The notes under the pieces were generated by a model. That model searched no databases. It was not told the origin of the DNA and worked only from the letters and a program-made list of their open reading frames with translations. Source: Candidatus Aenigmatarchaeota archaeon (GTDB lineage Archaea; Aenigmatarchaeota; Aenigmatarchaeia; PWEA01; JACQIF01). Taken from it: a stretch of DNA of 64,000 bases. A program made the position numbers and the translations under genes. This document shows positions 47,381 through 57,493 of the stretch, piece by piece (within the stretch, counting starts at the first letter, position 1; the number at the start of each line of letters is the position of its first letter). The stretch is from the NCBI GenBank assembly GCA_016432325.1, contig CP066684.1:64001-128000 (forward strand). Reading direction: 5' to 3'.

Positions 47381-47587
47381 ATGAAGTTACGTCTCAAAAA
47401 TGGCGCGTCGGGCCGGCAAACGGGCGCAAAAGGAGATTCGAACATAGTCTGGTGGCTCGGCGCATTCCTGATAGCGTTGATCGTTCTGGTTGTTATCGTG
47501 CTGCTCACGCAGAACACGCAGAGTACGGCGCAGGCCGGTTGGGAAGGCGTAAAGGACCGTCTGCGGGGCATAACGGGGTTGGGCTGA
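47381..47587 (+). CDS. small pilin-like protein
   Basis: KG|DSNIVWWLG plus TM. Confidence 0.7.
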   Translation: MKLRLKNGASGRQTGAKGDSNIVWWLGAFLIALIVLVVIVLLTQNTQSTAQAGWEGVKDRLRGITGLG

Positions 47588-47757
47588 TGGACTCCAGAGG
47601 AGACGTGCAGTACTTCATGCTGGCCATAGTATCTTTCGTTATAATCCTTCTCGTGGCGATATCCCTGCTGATACTGTTCGGCGGTGACGCGGGCAAGCAG
47701 ATGGAATGCGCCATTGGATTGTTCCAGGCCACGGGCTGCCCGACGCAGGTGACGTAA
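47587..47757 (+). CDS. small pilin-like protein
   Basis: MDSRG|DVQYFML plus TM; TGATG coupling. Confidence 0.7.
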   Translation: MDSRGDVQYFMLAIVSFVIILLVAISLLILFGGDAGKQMECAIGLFQATGCPTQVT

Positions 47758-47921
47758 TGGTGTTCTCGGCGGCAGAAAGCAAGTTCGCGCTCGTGATAGG
47801 GATAGTCGTGATGCTCATAGTCATCGCGGGAATCTTCATCTTCCTTTCCACGCAGCTCTCGCCCGAGTTCGGAACGTACGTCAATAACCTGAACTTCAAC
47901 TTCGAACTGCGGCACAGATAG
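47757..47921 (+). CDS. small single-TM pilin-like protein
   Basis: TAATG coupling; hydrophobic helix. Confidence 0.6.
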   Translation: MVFSAAESKFALVIGIVVMLIVIAGIFIFLSTQLSPEFGTYVNNLNFNFELRHR

Positions 47922-48004
47922 AACTCATAAACCCCCTTTCCACTCGACGTGGTTTTTAAACGCGACGCGCGAACTATTAAATCCTCCTTATCCGTACTAG
48001 GCGC

Positions 48005-48454
48005 ATGGCCGCTCTCAAGTACATAATAATAGCTGGTCTTCTCGGCGCCGCGCTTGCCGTGGCGGGCTTCGCGGCGGCGACAGGCGGCTTCGAGAGGGAG
48101 GCGGAGCGCAGCGCGCTAATCGCGGCTTTCCCGATAACAGAACGCATAACCTCGGGCGTGAACCTGATGCTCTCTCAGGAGGAAACGGGTTTCATCGAGG
48201 TCGCTCTGCCGCCGATAAGATGCGAGATTGCGTTCAACGAGCCTTATGTCGAAACGACCGTACGCAGAGGCGATATTTCTCAATCGTACGGCCTGTTCGT
48301 TTTCGGTGGCGTCAATCTGAACGTGAATCCGATAGAATGCCCGACAGAGGCCGAGCTTAAGGACGGCAAGAAGGTGCGCGTCAATATTACGCGCATTGAC
48401 GTCGGCGGGCCAGTGTTCGTCAAGAGAGTTGTCCTGGAGGGGACGGTCTTATGA
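48005..48454 (+). CDS. pilin-like/secreted protein
   Basis: N-terminal hydrophobic helix, within the pilus locus. Confidence 0.7.
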   Translation: MAALKYIIIAGLLGAALAVAGFAAATGGFEREAERSALIAAFPITERITSGVNLMLSQEETGFIEVALPPIRCEIAFNEPYVETTVRRGDISQSYGLFVFGGVNLNVNPIECPTEAELKDGKKVRVNITRIDVGGPVFVKRVVLEGTVL

Positions 48455-49224
48455 AAGGCGCTGCTCTATCAAAGCCGATCTTCCTCTTTTTCGCAATTCT
48501 GTTCTTCGTGATAATGATGGTCTTTCTCATAGCCAGCTTCAACATCACGCCTACTGAAATCAATACCGCATCGAAAGAGATCGTTGCCGTTGACATACTT
48601 CACAGGCTGACGTCGTCGGATGCGTGCCTGAGTACGGGAGAGGCAGGAATACTTGACGCCGTCAAACTTCAGGACGCGGTCAACGGCGGCAGGGAACATA
48701 GTTGCGCGTACGTTCCTAATGCGGGCTACCACGTGCACGTCACAGACCTTCGCACGGATGACGAGTGGGCTTTCGGTTACGACACACCCGACGACTCTAT
48801 AGAAACGAAACACGCAGTCGCAATACAATACAACGACGGTTCTGTGAATCCCGGAGAGCTCACGTTCGCGTACTCGTACAGGGACGCGGATCTGCTTTTG
48901 TTCATAACAGGCCAGGCTTCGCAGACGTTCTACAGAGGGGACAATTACGACAACAGGAGAAAGGCCGAGTTCACGATAGGAAAGAGAGAGACCTTCAGCA
49001 GAAACGGCGTGTACAACGAAGTCTCGACTCTCTGCATGACGCGTCAAGACGAGGAGGAGAGATGCAAGGACCTGCCTGCCGGAGTGCGTGTCATTGTCGA
49101 TGGAGTGTTGCCGGCATACCCTTCTGTTCTTGAACAGACCAAAAACAAAATAATAACGTGGAGGGAAGGAGACGTGGTCCATGTGGTCGTCTGCGGCGTC
49201 ACAAGCTGCGGAACATACGGTTGA
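48451..49224 (+). CDS. pilin-like protein
   Basis: MKG|A plus TM. Confidence 0.75.
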   Translation: MKGAALSKPIFLFFAILFFVIMMVFLIASFNITPTEINTASKEIVAVDILHRLTSSDACLSTGEAGILDAVKLQDAVNGGREHSCAYVPNAGYHVHVTDLRTDDEWAFGYDTPDDSIETKHAVAIQYNDGSVNPGELTFAYSYRDADLLLFITGQASQTFYRGDNYDNRRKAEFTIGKRETFSRNGVYNEVSTLCMTRQDEEERCKDLPAGVRVIVDGVLPAYPSVLEQTKNKIITWREGDVVHVVVCGVTSCGTYG

Positions 49225-49228
49225 TATC

Positions 49229-49678
49229 ATGAAAGGACAGATAGTTACGAATCTCGTGATGATAGCGATACTGGCGATAATGGCAGTCGCCTCCATAGGC
49301 TTCTTCATATGTGTGAACGTCGGCGACGCTTGCAGCCTCGCCAAGAAGGGCGGCTTTGAGAGCGAGGTGACGGAGAACTTCCTGACAGACTCGCAGGCGC
49401 AGTCGGAGCTCAACGCATATCTTGCCGTTAAAGACATGGACGATAACGTCGCGACTCTCTGGCTGCTTTACAAGACTACAGGCGACGCCGGCTACAAGGA
49501 CCGCGCCAAGACCGTTTATGAAACGATGTTCGCCAACAGGCAGACGCGTCTTTTCGTCGATAGAGAATCGTTTGCGACGCGAGACTGTTCTCCTGAATTG
49601 AACGACCCGTCGGCCACGCGCAAGATTCCGCTGCCGTCGGGCCAGCAGATGTCAATGACGCTGGGGTTGTGTCGATGA
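49229..49678 (+). CDS. pilin-like protein
   Basis: MKG|QIV plus TM. Confidence 0.75.
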   Translation: MKGQIVTNLVMIAILAIMAVASIGFFICVNVGDACSLAKKGGFESEVTENFLTDSQAQSELNAYLAVKDMDDNVATLWLLYKTTGDAGYKDRAKTVYETMFANRQTRLFVDRESFATRDCSPELNDPSATRKIPLPSGQQMSMTLGLCR

Positions 49679-51981
49679 GTAAAGCGCAGATAGCAGAGAT
49701 GACGTGGATAGCCATAGGCGGCATACTGATGGTCGCCCTCGTGTTGGGTTTGACCGTTTCTGCGATTCTGGCCGGCCAGGCAGGCGACGCAGAGGACGAG
49801 GCGATAGGAGTCAAGACCGCGCTCGACTACTCCGACGATTACGGCTCGCTCGCGGCTCGTTCGTCGCTGCACGGCTCGCTATACGAGAACGGTTTGAACG
49901 GCGGCTTCTACACCGCCGCGCCGCCTGCAGGCACGGAAACGATAGGCGGCGTTGCGTACGTCTACTGGAAGAGGGGAGACACTACAGGAGTCCCATCCGC
50001 AGGCACTATCACAAAAGAACTGCATGCGGGAACGCAAGCCCTTTTTTCAAGCCACATTTCAAATGAGGGCGTTGAACTGCGAACTCCTCCGGGAGCCGCA
50101 GTCGCGCTCGATCTGGACACGTCAGGAGTTTCTGGGGAGTTCCGTGCTGAAATCGTAGACCGCGGCAAGGCGCCTGCGATAAGGATAGGAGGCGACGGCC
50201 GCGTCGCCGAAACAGAGAGCGTCGCAGCCCGTTACCTGCGGCTGCGCAGGGTCGGCGAAATACTCACGCAGCACTCCTCGGGTCTCATCGATTCGCGCGT
50301 CCACGATGCCGTTCGGAGCGTTCAAGACCACCAGACGAACAGCGAGAGCACATGCGGACCTTCTTCATGTGACGCGTCGCTCAACTCCTGCGGCGGCCAG
50401 GACCGCTTGTGCCCGGGTAACCAGATAAGCGGAGACCCGCACGCGGCCGCGCAGAGCGCCGTTACGTCATTACAGAATGACTTGAACGCGCGGTTCGCGT
50501 CAGAGAACATCCGCTTCGAGATTTCAGTCGTGAAAAACGCCGTGAACAAAGTTCCGATAACGCATGTCGAGGACAACAGCGGCTCTGGAACGTACTATCG
50601 TTGGCATACGACTGAGACAGAGCCGGTCGAGACGTGCAGACCCGCAACGACAGCCGACAAATGCGCCAGCATAAAGGGCGCCGGCTGCTTGACGAGAAGT
50701 AAGTGTACTACGGAATCAGGCAAGCCGACGAGGACGCGCGAGTGCACAGGAGGGAAGGTGTGTTGCCTGCTGCCGCCAGAGACGTCGCCTCGCGTGTGCA
50801 CGACAGCTCCGGGATCCACGACTTCGGACTGTTCCGCGAACGCGGCATACGCATGCCCCTGCGCGTACTGCGCGAACGCGCATTATGATATGGCCTATCA
50901 GTACGACTACACAGTTCGCGTCAGCGTGATAGATTCGAATGTTCAACTACTGACAAAAGACGGCCTGCAGAATCCGAAGATGGTCTTCCTTGTGGAAGGT
51001 TTGCACGTAGACGACAACGCGTGCGGCAGCGACGGCCACGACTGCGGCGCGCCGTTTGCGTCCACCACGCCTCTGGAGTCGGAGACCGTGAACTCCATCG
51101 ATTGGCTTACAGGCGTCTCGGAGACGCCTACGTCTTCTGGAGAGATTCCTCCGGAACTCGGCGGTCCTGAAGACGCTGTGTGGTTCGCTTACAACAGCGA
51201 GTCTTACGCGTGCACTGACAACATCCCGCTCTCTGCCGCATACTTCCACGGCAACCGCACGGCGTTCTACGAAATCGGCTGGAGCTTCAACAACGACCAT
51301 CCGAAGACGGCGAACGTGACGGCCACAGTCGCCCGTTTCGACGCTCATTCCTGCAACAATTTCGCTTCCTCGACAGACATCCGCACAGCCGCGTTCCATC
51401 TTGGTTCAGCGCGTGCGGGCACCGCGAACTCGGGGCTCTACACGATACGGATGAGCGCCTCTGATCTCAACGCATACAGGGACGGCTACGTTGTGAAGGT
51501 CGCGGTGGATTTGTACGACTCGGATACAGGCGCGCGCCTGCTGCAGAACACTACAACAGGATACTACGCCGTCTTGCCTGTCCCGAATTCGGAGTACAAC
51601 GTCAGGTGGACCAACCACTCGGACGGCGTCGCGCACTTCTACAAGGGCTTCACGCAGTCAGGGACATGGAGCAGCGCTGCTGCTAGGTGCGATGCGGACG
51701 AGGCCAGCCTTGCAACAATAACAAACGACGAGGAGAACACGCGAGCGTTCCTCGCCGCAGGCGTGCCCTCGAGCGGCCGATATTGGATTGGGGCCACGGA
51801 TACGGCTGCAGAAGGAACGTGGATATGGGTTACAGGAGAGCTCTGGAGCTTCACGAAATGGGCAGGCGGGCCGAGCGCCGAGGACTGCGCCGCCCTGATA
51901 GGTTCTACGACCACGCAGGCCAGCTACTGGGAATCTCTGGGTTGCGGTGTGCCCCAGACGGGCTTCGTCTGCGAAAAGTAA
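49675..51981 (+). CDS. large pilin-like adhesin with Cys-rich region and C-terminal C-type lectin domain
   Basis: MSKA|QIAEM; TWSSAAARC, LATITN, YWIGATD, EGTWIW, FVCE. Confidence 0.85.
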   Translation: MSKAQIAEMTWIAIGGILMVALVLGLTVSAILAGQAGDAEDEAIGVKTALDYSDDYGSLAARSSLHGSLYENGLNGGFYTAAPPAGTETIGGVAYVYWKRGDTTGVPSAGTITKELHAGTQALFSSHISNEGVELRTPPGAAVALDLDTSGVSGEFRAEIVDRGKAPAIRIGGDGRVAETESVAARYLRLRRVGEILTQHSSGLIDSRVHDAVRSVQDHQTNSESTCGPSSCDASLNSCGGQDRLCPGNQISGDPHAAAQSAVTSLQNDLNARFASENIRFEISVVKNAVNKVPITHVEDNSGSGTYYRWHTTETEPVETCRPATTADKCASIKGAGCLTRSKCTTESGKPTRTRECTGGKVCCLLPPETSPRVCTTAPGSTTSDCSANAAYACPCAYCANAHYDMAYQYDYTVRVSVIDSNVQLLTKDGLQNPKMVFLVEGLHVDDNACGSDGHDCGAPFASTTPLESETVNSIDWLTGVSETPTSSGEIPPELGGPEDAVWFAYNSESYACTDNIPLSAAYFHGNRTAFYEIGWSFNNDHPKTANVTATVARFDAHSCNNFASSTDIRTAAFHLGSARAGTANSGLYTIRMSASDLNAYRDGYVVKVAVDLYDSDTGARLLQNTTTGYYAVLPVPNSEYNVRWTNHSDGVAHFYKGFTQSGTWSSAAARCDADEASLATITNDEENTRAFLAAGVPSSGRYWIGATDTAAEGTWIWVTGELWSFTKWAGGPSAEDCAALIGSTTTQASYWESLGCGVPQTGFVCEK

Positions 51982-52326
51982 TCACTTCGAGGACTCCACT
52001 TCCCTTGTCCTTCTTTCCAGAAGCTTCCTGCAGTCTTCCGTGGTGTCGCCTATTTCATTTATGAGCGTCTTTTGTGAAGGCGTCGCTGTGAATAAGACTT
52101 TTCTCAGAAGAGTGTCGTAAGTATTCAGCCACGTTAAACACCGTTTCGCCTTTGAAATGAATCCCCTCCTAATCTCTTTGGGTTCCCACGCTCTTGAGGC
52201 CTTTTCCAGATTCTCGTGGAACTCCCTCTCGTTCTCGCGGAATGACTCGACGCAACTGTCTATGTCTGTCTCCTTTTCTATGCCCTTTGAAGACGGTTTG
52301 CGTCCGAAGATGTTAAAAAGTCCCAT
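51982..52326 (-). CDS. hypothetical protein
   Basis: 114-aa AT-richer ORF. Confidence 0.55.
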   Translation of the reverse strand: MGLFNIFGRKPSSKGIEKETDIDSCVESFRENEREFHENLEKASRAWEPKEIRRGFISKAKRCLTWLNTYDTLLRKVLFTATPSQKTLINEIGDTTEDCRKLLERRTREVESSK

Positions 52327-52385
52327 AGACTCATATTGGCCGCGAACTATTTAAATACCGCCGCATAATTTCACGCGGTTCTTCC

Positions 52386-54074
52386 ATGGCCAAGGAGATA
52401 CTCGCGGCAATGATAGTCGCAATAATCCTCATGCTGCTCGCCGTGACGTCAGGCTCGCTGTTCGTTGCGGAGGGCCAGGCCAAGGGCACGGCCTCGCTGA
52501 CCATCGCCAACGAGGCTACGTGCGCGCTCGCTCCGTGGCTGCAGGAGTGCAAGGAACTTGAAGAGAAGAAGGCGCGGGAGGAGGCGACAAGCGACTTGCA
52601 GAACGTGTTTATTGCGGCCGCGACGGACGCTGATAACGTGGAGCGAGACGCGTACACATATTCTTATGCAAAAGGTGAGACAATTTCAACAGGCGTCATC
52701 AACGACGATGCGGCAATCAAGACGGGCTCTGCCGTGACGGTTGTGCCTTACGGCACGAACAGACTCTTTGTTGCGTATGCGAGGAAAAGTCAGAGCAACA
52801 CGAACGACGAGGGTTATTATTATAGCGCGTACACCGTGAATCAGGATGGTAGCATATCCCCTTCGGGAAACGGTGTGATAGACGATAGATGCGATATGCA
52901 ATCCGAGCCTGCTATGGACGCGGCCGCTTTCGATAGCAACTCCGACGGCACCATAGACGGCATACTCGTGGGGCTGACGTGCAACGGCGACGGGTACGAT
53001 AACAGCGACCAGAACGATAACAATGACGAGTATACTTTCTACCGATACGTCATCCAAGAGGACGGTTCTCTGACAAGGCAGGACGCGGGCTCCGACAGGG
53101 TACCATCTTTCGTCGCTGAGAATGCGGCACAGCAGCATATTTACATAAAACCTTCCATTACGATGACGGCGTTTAGTTCTGCAGGCGGCGCGCCGAACAA
53201 GGTCTTTATAGCATATGCACGGGAGGCGGATGGCGGAGGAAAGCCCATAGGATCGCCAGGAGACTACTATGCCTACAGAATCTACGATCCATCCAACCCG
53301 CCACCTGCCACGGCGAACGGCTGGCAGGCGGGATGGAGGAACCTACATACAGGGAAGACCAACGATCAGGCCGCAGGCTCCAAGCCCTGCAGCTTGGGCA
53401 GCGGAAGTACGATAGACTCCGCGCTTTACACAGATAACGCCGCCAATTCCGTAATAGTCGCTTATGCGTGCATATCGGACAACAACAAGGACGGCGGGAA
53501 CGACAACTACGAATACAGAATATACAGCAGCGGCGCAGAGAACATTCAGGGCGTAAAGCCGTTGTCAGATGCCCGACAGATAGAAACGTCTCTAGATTTC
53601 ACAGCCGCCCCCGAAGATCGCGCTAACAGAGTCCATACGATAGCGGTTGCGAGAATCGGACATAGAAAATCCTTTGTCGTTTATACGGAAACGATAAGTA
53701 ATCGTAATGGCAACGGTCCCGGACGCTACAAATATCGGGTTATCGATAACGGAGTGCTGACGCCAGAAGGTGACGCGCCAGACCTGCACGGTGGGGACTG
53801 CCACATATGGGATCCAAACGAGGATCTCTCCGGAGCGGGACCAAAAAAACAGCGAGGCGGAGCCTCGGTAAGCCTGTCGTATGACGTGCAGGGAAATAAG
53901 GTCGTCGCAATATACTCTTGTGATTCTGACGGCAAAGGTTCGCAGGACTCCTACAGCTACGCAATCTATAATGTCGCCACAAATGTTATAGAGAAGAGAG
54001 GCTATGCCATAACTCCTGCACAATTGGACAACGGCCCGTCAGTCGCGAGCGTCTACGTGCCAGGAGGCGGCTAG
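52386..54074 (+). CDS. secreted repeat protein (possible beta-propeller)
   Basis: N-terminal TM; repeated hydrophobic-VAY(A/S)C...Y-x-YRIY units. Confidence 0.75.
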   Translation: MAKEILAAMIVAIILMLLAVTSGSLFVAEGQAKGTASLTIANEATCALAPWLQECKELEEKKAREEATSDLQNVFIAAATDADNVERDAYTYSYAKGETISTGVINDDAAIKTGSAVTVVPYGTNRLFVAYARKSQSNTNDEGYYYSAYTVNQDGSISPSGNGVIDDRCDMQSEPAMDAAAFDSNSDGTIDGILVGLTCNGDGYDNSDQNDNNDEYTFYRYVIQEDGSLTRQDAGSDRVPSFVAENAAQQHIYIKPSITMTAFSSAGGAPNKVFIAYAREADGGGKPIGSPGDYYAYRIYDPSNPPPATANGWQAGWRNLHTGKTNDQAAGSKPCSLGSGSTIDSALYTDNAANSVIVAYACISDNNKDGGNDNYEYRIYSSGAENIQGVKPLSDARQIETSLDFTAAPEDRANRVHTIAVARIGHRKSFVVYTETISNRNGNGPGRYKYRVIDNGVLTPEGDAPDLHGGDCHIWDPNEDLSGAGPKKQRGGASVSLSYDVQGNKVVAIYSCDSDGKGSQDSYSYAIYNVATNVIEKRGYAITPAQLDNGPSVASVYVPGGG

Positions 54075-54380
54075 ATGTCCCGCAAAGGACTCGAACTGCC
54101 GACCAACACTCTCATAGTCATGGCCGTCGCAATCGTGGTACTGCTGGTCATGATAGTGTTCTTCACCAGCTCGTCGCAAACGTCCACCGGCGCCACAGAA
54201 CTGCAGAACCGCTTCCGTTCGGAATGCGTGACGTTCGTCAGCAGGAACTGTTGCGTGTCCGGGACGGACGTCACGTCCGGCACGTGCGACGCGTCTGCCG
54301 TGGCGCCGAGCGCAGGACTGGCCATCGGAACGACGGACGACACAAAGATAAAAGAGGCATGCTGCATAATCAAGCCATAG
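54075..54380 (+). CDS. class III signal peptide pilin, 6-Cys family
   Basis: RKG|LELPTN; C..CC..C..CC. Confidence 0.8.
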   Translation: MSRKGLELPTNTLIVMAVAIVVLLVMIVFFTSSSQTSTGATELQNRFRSECVTFVSRNCCVSGTDVTSGTCDASAVAPSAGLAIGTTDDTKIKEACCIIKP

Positions 54381-54388
54381 GTGTTTGG

Positions 54389-54682
54389 ATGTCAAAGAAA
54401 GGAATCGAACTGCCGGTGAACGCGCTGATAATCATGTTCCTGGCCGTGGTAGTTCTTGCCGGAGTCATCGCGATATACACGGGTGTCTGGCAGCCGTCCC
54501 AAAAGACGACGACGCAGGCCTCGGATTTCAACGCCGAATGCGCGAAGTACTCGGCTATTGGATGCTGTGGTGACGATACGCTGTCTGGATGCTCCACGCA
54601 GAAGAGCCAGGTCGTGAGCAAAGCATCGACGTTGGGAATAACGAGCGCGGCAGACGCCGTCAAGCGCTGCTGCGGCGAGTGA
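54389..54682 (+). CDS. class III signal peptide pilin, 6-Cys family
   Basis: KKG|IELPVN; C..CC..C..CC. Confidence 0.8.
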   Translation: MSKKGIELPVNALIIMFLAVVVLAGVIAIYTGVWQPSQKTTTQASDFNAECAKYSAIGCCGDDTLSGCSTQKSQVVSKASTLGITSAADAVKRCCGE

Positions 54683-54686
54683 TACC

Positions 54687-55019
54687 ATGGACAACAAGGG
54701 AGCTGAGATAGCGGTCAATGCCGTGATAGTCATGGTGCTCGCGGTGCTGGTTCTGGGAGCGGCCATAGGAATCTTCACAGGAGTCTGGAACCCGGGCAAG
54801 AAGACCACAGAAGGCATAGGCGACTTCAGCTCCGCGTGCGGCTCTTTCGCGGCAGCCGGATGCTGCAGGGACCCGCCTGCGGGCGGCTCTCTGCCTGCGA
54901 CGTGTACGGACACCGCAACAGCCGGCACGCTGGCCAAGAAGCTGCTCGATGCGGCAGGCGGCTTGGGTCTTTCTGCGACAGATTTCCCCGCGGCAAAGGA
55001 AAGGTGCTGCAAGGGCTAG
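54687..55019 (+). CDS. class III signal peptide pilin, 6-Cys family
   Basis: NKG|AEIAVN; C..CC..C..CC. Confidence 0.8.
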   Translation: MDNKGAEIAVNAVIVMVLAVLVLGAAIGIFTGVWNPGKKTTEGIGDFSSACGSFAAAGCCRDPPAGGSLPATCTDTATAGTLAKKLLDAAGGLGLSATDFPAAKERCCKG

Positions 55020-55130
55020 ATTTGGGCGCAGACAACCCCACCAAAACCTTTAAAAAGACCTGTGTGGAACAGAAAGCAGTAAAATTGAAGGGTGTAATAC
55101 TCTGGTTTTACGTTAAGGAGTTGACAATCG

Positions 55131-55200
55131 ATGCCTGAAATTTCCGAAACAAGTTTCGTCATTCCAGCCATGGGAGGTTTGAGATATGCCTGAAATCCCC
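55131..55200 (+). repeat. gene-start element at psmA, 67/70 identical to 60374-60443
   Basis: ATGCCTGAAAT duplicated at both ends. Confidence 0.92.
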
Positions 55201-55902
55201 GGAATGGGAAAACTGGGATACGACCGCGCAATAGTCACGTTCAGCCCCGATGGACGACTATTCCAAGTCGAGTACGCACGAGAGGCAGTTAAGAGAGGTT
55301 CGACTGCCGTAGGAATCACATTCAATGGCGGAGTCGTTCTGGCTTCCGTTCGCCTTGCAGACCCGCTGAGCGCGTCAGGCACCACGAACGAGAAGATACA
55401 GCAGGTAGACGATCACATAGGAATCGTTGCAGCGGGGCTCCTCGGAGACGCGCGCGTGCTCGTCGACAAGGCCCGCGTCAAGTCGCAGGTTCACAGAATA
55501 ACATATGACGAATCGATAGACGTTCCGGGTCTCGTCCGCTTCCTCGCCGACCTCAAGCAGGCTCACACGCAGTATGCCGGTCTGCGTCCGATGGGAGTAT
55601 CGTTCCTGATAGGAGGCGTCAACGATAATGCGTATCTGTTCGAAACCGATCAGGGCGGCTCGATATTCCAGTGGAACGCGCACGTCATAGGAAGAGGCGC
55701 GGACATCGTGCGCAAGGGATTGGAGAAGGACTGGAAGGCGGGCATGGACAGGAAGACTGCCATAGACGTCGCCGTACGCACGCTGAAGAAGGCCGAGAAA
55801 GACATATCGAAAGACAACATAGAAGTCGTAGTCGTCGACAAGGCAAAGGGATTCCAGAAGCTGTCTGGAAAGGACAGAACCGAGGCCTTGAAGAGTTGGT
55901 GA
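55186..55902 (+). CDS. psmA: proteasome alpha subunit
   Basis: GYDRAIVTFSPDGRLFQVEYA. Confidence 0.97.
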   Translation: MPEIPGMGKLGYDRAIVTFSPDGRLFQVEYAREAVKRGSTAVGITFNGGVVLASVRLADPLSASGTTNEKIQQVDDHIGIVAAGLLGDARVLVDKARVKSQVHRITYDESIDVPGLVRFLADLKQAHTQYAGLRPMGVSFLIGGVNDNAYLFETDQGGSIFQWNAHVIGRGADIVRKGLEKDWKAGMDRKTAIDVAVRTLKKAEKDISKDNIEVVVVDKAKGFQKLSGKDRTEALKSW

Positions 55903-56020
55903 GAAAATAGCATGCAGCCAAAGCGCCATTCCTTCTGTGGGTATCGGCGCGGAGGCAAAACGTAAAAACGAAACGCACGAAGCGTTTCAATCTTGCCGCG
56001 TTATGCGGCAAAGTGATTCG

Positions 56021-56719
56021 ATGGTAAGCACGGAGAAAGCGGTTGTTGCACGTCTAGAGTCACACGGGAAAAAGTTCGAGATACTCGTCGATCCGGACGC
56101 AGCGGTTCGGGTCAAGAAGGGAGACGACGTCACGGTCAAAGACCTCGTGGTGTATGAAAACGTCTACGAGGATGCAAAGAAGGGTACGCGGCACACCGAC
56201 GCGGACGTGCGTGCCGTGTTCGGCACGCAGGACTTCAAGGAGATCGCGTACCGCATAATCCGCAAGGGCGAAGTGCAGTTAACGACCGACCAGCGGAGGA
56301 AGATGAAGGAAGCGAAGGTCCTCGAAATTGCGGCGCTGATATCCAAGCGCGCCGTCGATCCGAAGACCAAGGCGCCCCATCCCGCGCAGAGAATCATAAA
56401 CGCGATGGAGCAGGCTCACGTGAATGTGAACGAATACGAGCCGGCCGTGTCGCAGGTGGAGCGCGTGATAGACGCGTTGCGGCCGATACTGCCGTTGAGC
56501 GTGGAACAGCTGGACTTGCAGGTTCGCATCCCGGCGTCGTACGTGGGAAAAGCGTACGGCCGCGTGCGCGATTTCGGCCACCTGAAAAAAGAGGAGTGGC
56601 GAAGCGACGGCTCATGGGTCGGCACGGTGGAAATTCCCGCCGGCATGCAGGGAGACTTCTACAGTCTCCTGAGCGGCCTGACTCACGGGGAAGGAGAGGC
56701 AAAGCCTCTCGCAAAATAA
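56021..56719 (+). CDS. ribosome maturation factor SBDS/Sdo1
   Basis: KFEILVDP, VDPKTKAPHP, IPAGMQ. Confidence 0.95.
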   Translation: MVSTEKAVVARLESHGKKFEILVDPDAAVRVKKGDDVTVKDLVVYENVYEDAKKGTRHTDADVRAVFGTQDFKEIAYRIIRKGEVQLTTDQRRKMKEAKVLEIAALISKRAVDPKTKAPHPAQRIINAMEQAHVNVNEYEPAVSQVERVIDALRPILPLSVEQLDLQVRIPASYVGKAYGRVRDFGHLKKEEWRSDGSWVGTVEIPAGMQGDFYSLLSGLTHGEGEAKPLAK

Positions 56720-56745
56720 CGATCAAAACACGAGGTGTATGAAAG

Positions 56746-57492
56746 ATGAATGGAACTATGGAAGAGAACGTGGAGAGCGCGCCGGCGCCTATGGATCCCG
56801 GAAGCGTTCTGATTGCAAGCAACAAGAGTATCGTCGTACCGGGCGAGCTCATCGCCAAAGGCGTTGACTTCTTGCCGGGCAGCGGCACGTATAAGGAAGC
56901 CGGAGAAGTGCGCTCGAAGGTTCTGGGCCTCGTCCGCATAAAGAGCGACAGGCTCATCAGCGTCGTCCCTCTTTCTGGCCAGTACATGCCTTTCGCAGGC
57001 GACGGAGTGATCGCAGTCATCGCGGACGTTCAGATATCGTCCTGGATGGCCGACGTCAACGCGCCTTACGTGGCGTTCTTGTCGCTCTCCGAGGGCGTAG
57101 AGGAGTACGTCGACTTGCAGAAGTCTGACCTCACGCACTACTACGACGTGGGCGACGTGATATACGCCAAGGTGCTGAGCGTTTCGAAACGCAAGGACGT
57201 GAAGCTCACGATGAGAGATCGCATGTGTCGCAAACTTCACGGCGGCAACACGATGAAAATAACGCCGACGAAGGTCCCGCGCCTGATAGGCAAGGGCGGT
57301 TCGATGATAGAACTGATAAAGCAGAAGACCGGATGCCACATAATCGTCGGCCAGAACGGCCTGGTCTGGATAAAAGGAGAAAAACAGGATCTGGCCGCGG
57401 AAGCCGTGCTGCTCGTTGAACGCGAGAGCCACGTGGAAGGGCTGACGGATCGCATGACGGCCTTTCTCGATTCGATACAGCAGGTGATATGA
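56746..57492 (+). CDS. rrp4: exosome RNA-binding subunit Rrp4
   Basis: IVVPGE, S1 domain, KH motif KVPRLIGKGGSM, GQNG. Confidence 0.95.
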   Translation: MNGTMEENVESAPAPMDPGSVLIASNKSIVVPGELIAKGVDFLPGSGTYKEAGEVRSKVLGLVRIKSDRLISVVPLSGQYMPFAGDGVIAVIADVQISSWMADVNAPYVAFLSLSEGVEEYVDLQKSDLTHYYDVGDVIYAKVLSVSKRKDVKLTMRDRMCRKLHGGNTMKITPTKVPRLIGKGGSMIELIKQKTGCHIIVGQNGLVWIKGEKQDLAAEAVLLVERESHVEGLTDRMTAFLDSIQQVI

Positions 57493-57493
57493 T

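Noticed and set aside
51600-51981. Diversity-generating retroelement target (C-type lectin fold)
   Set aside because: No template/variable repeat pair and no reverse transcriptase in the window.
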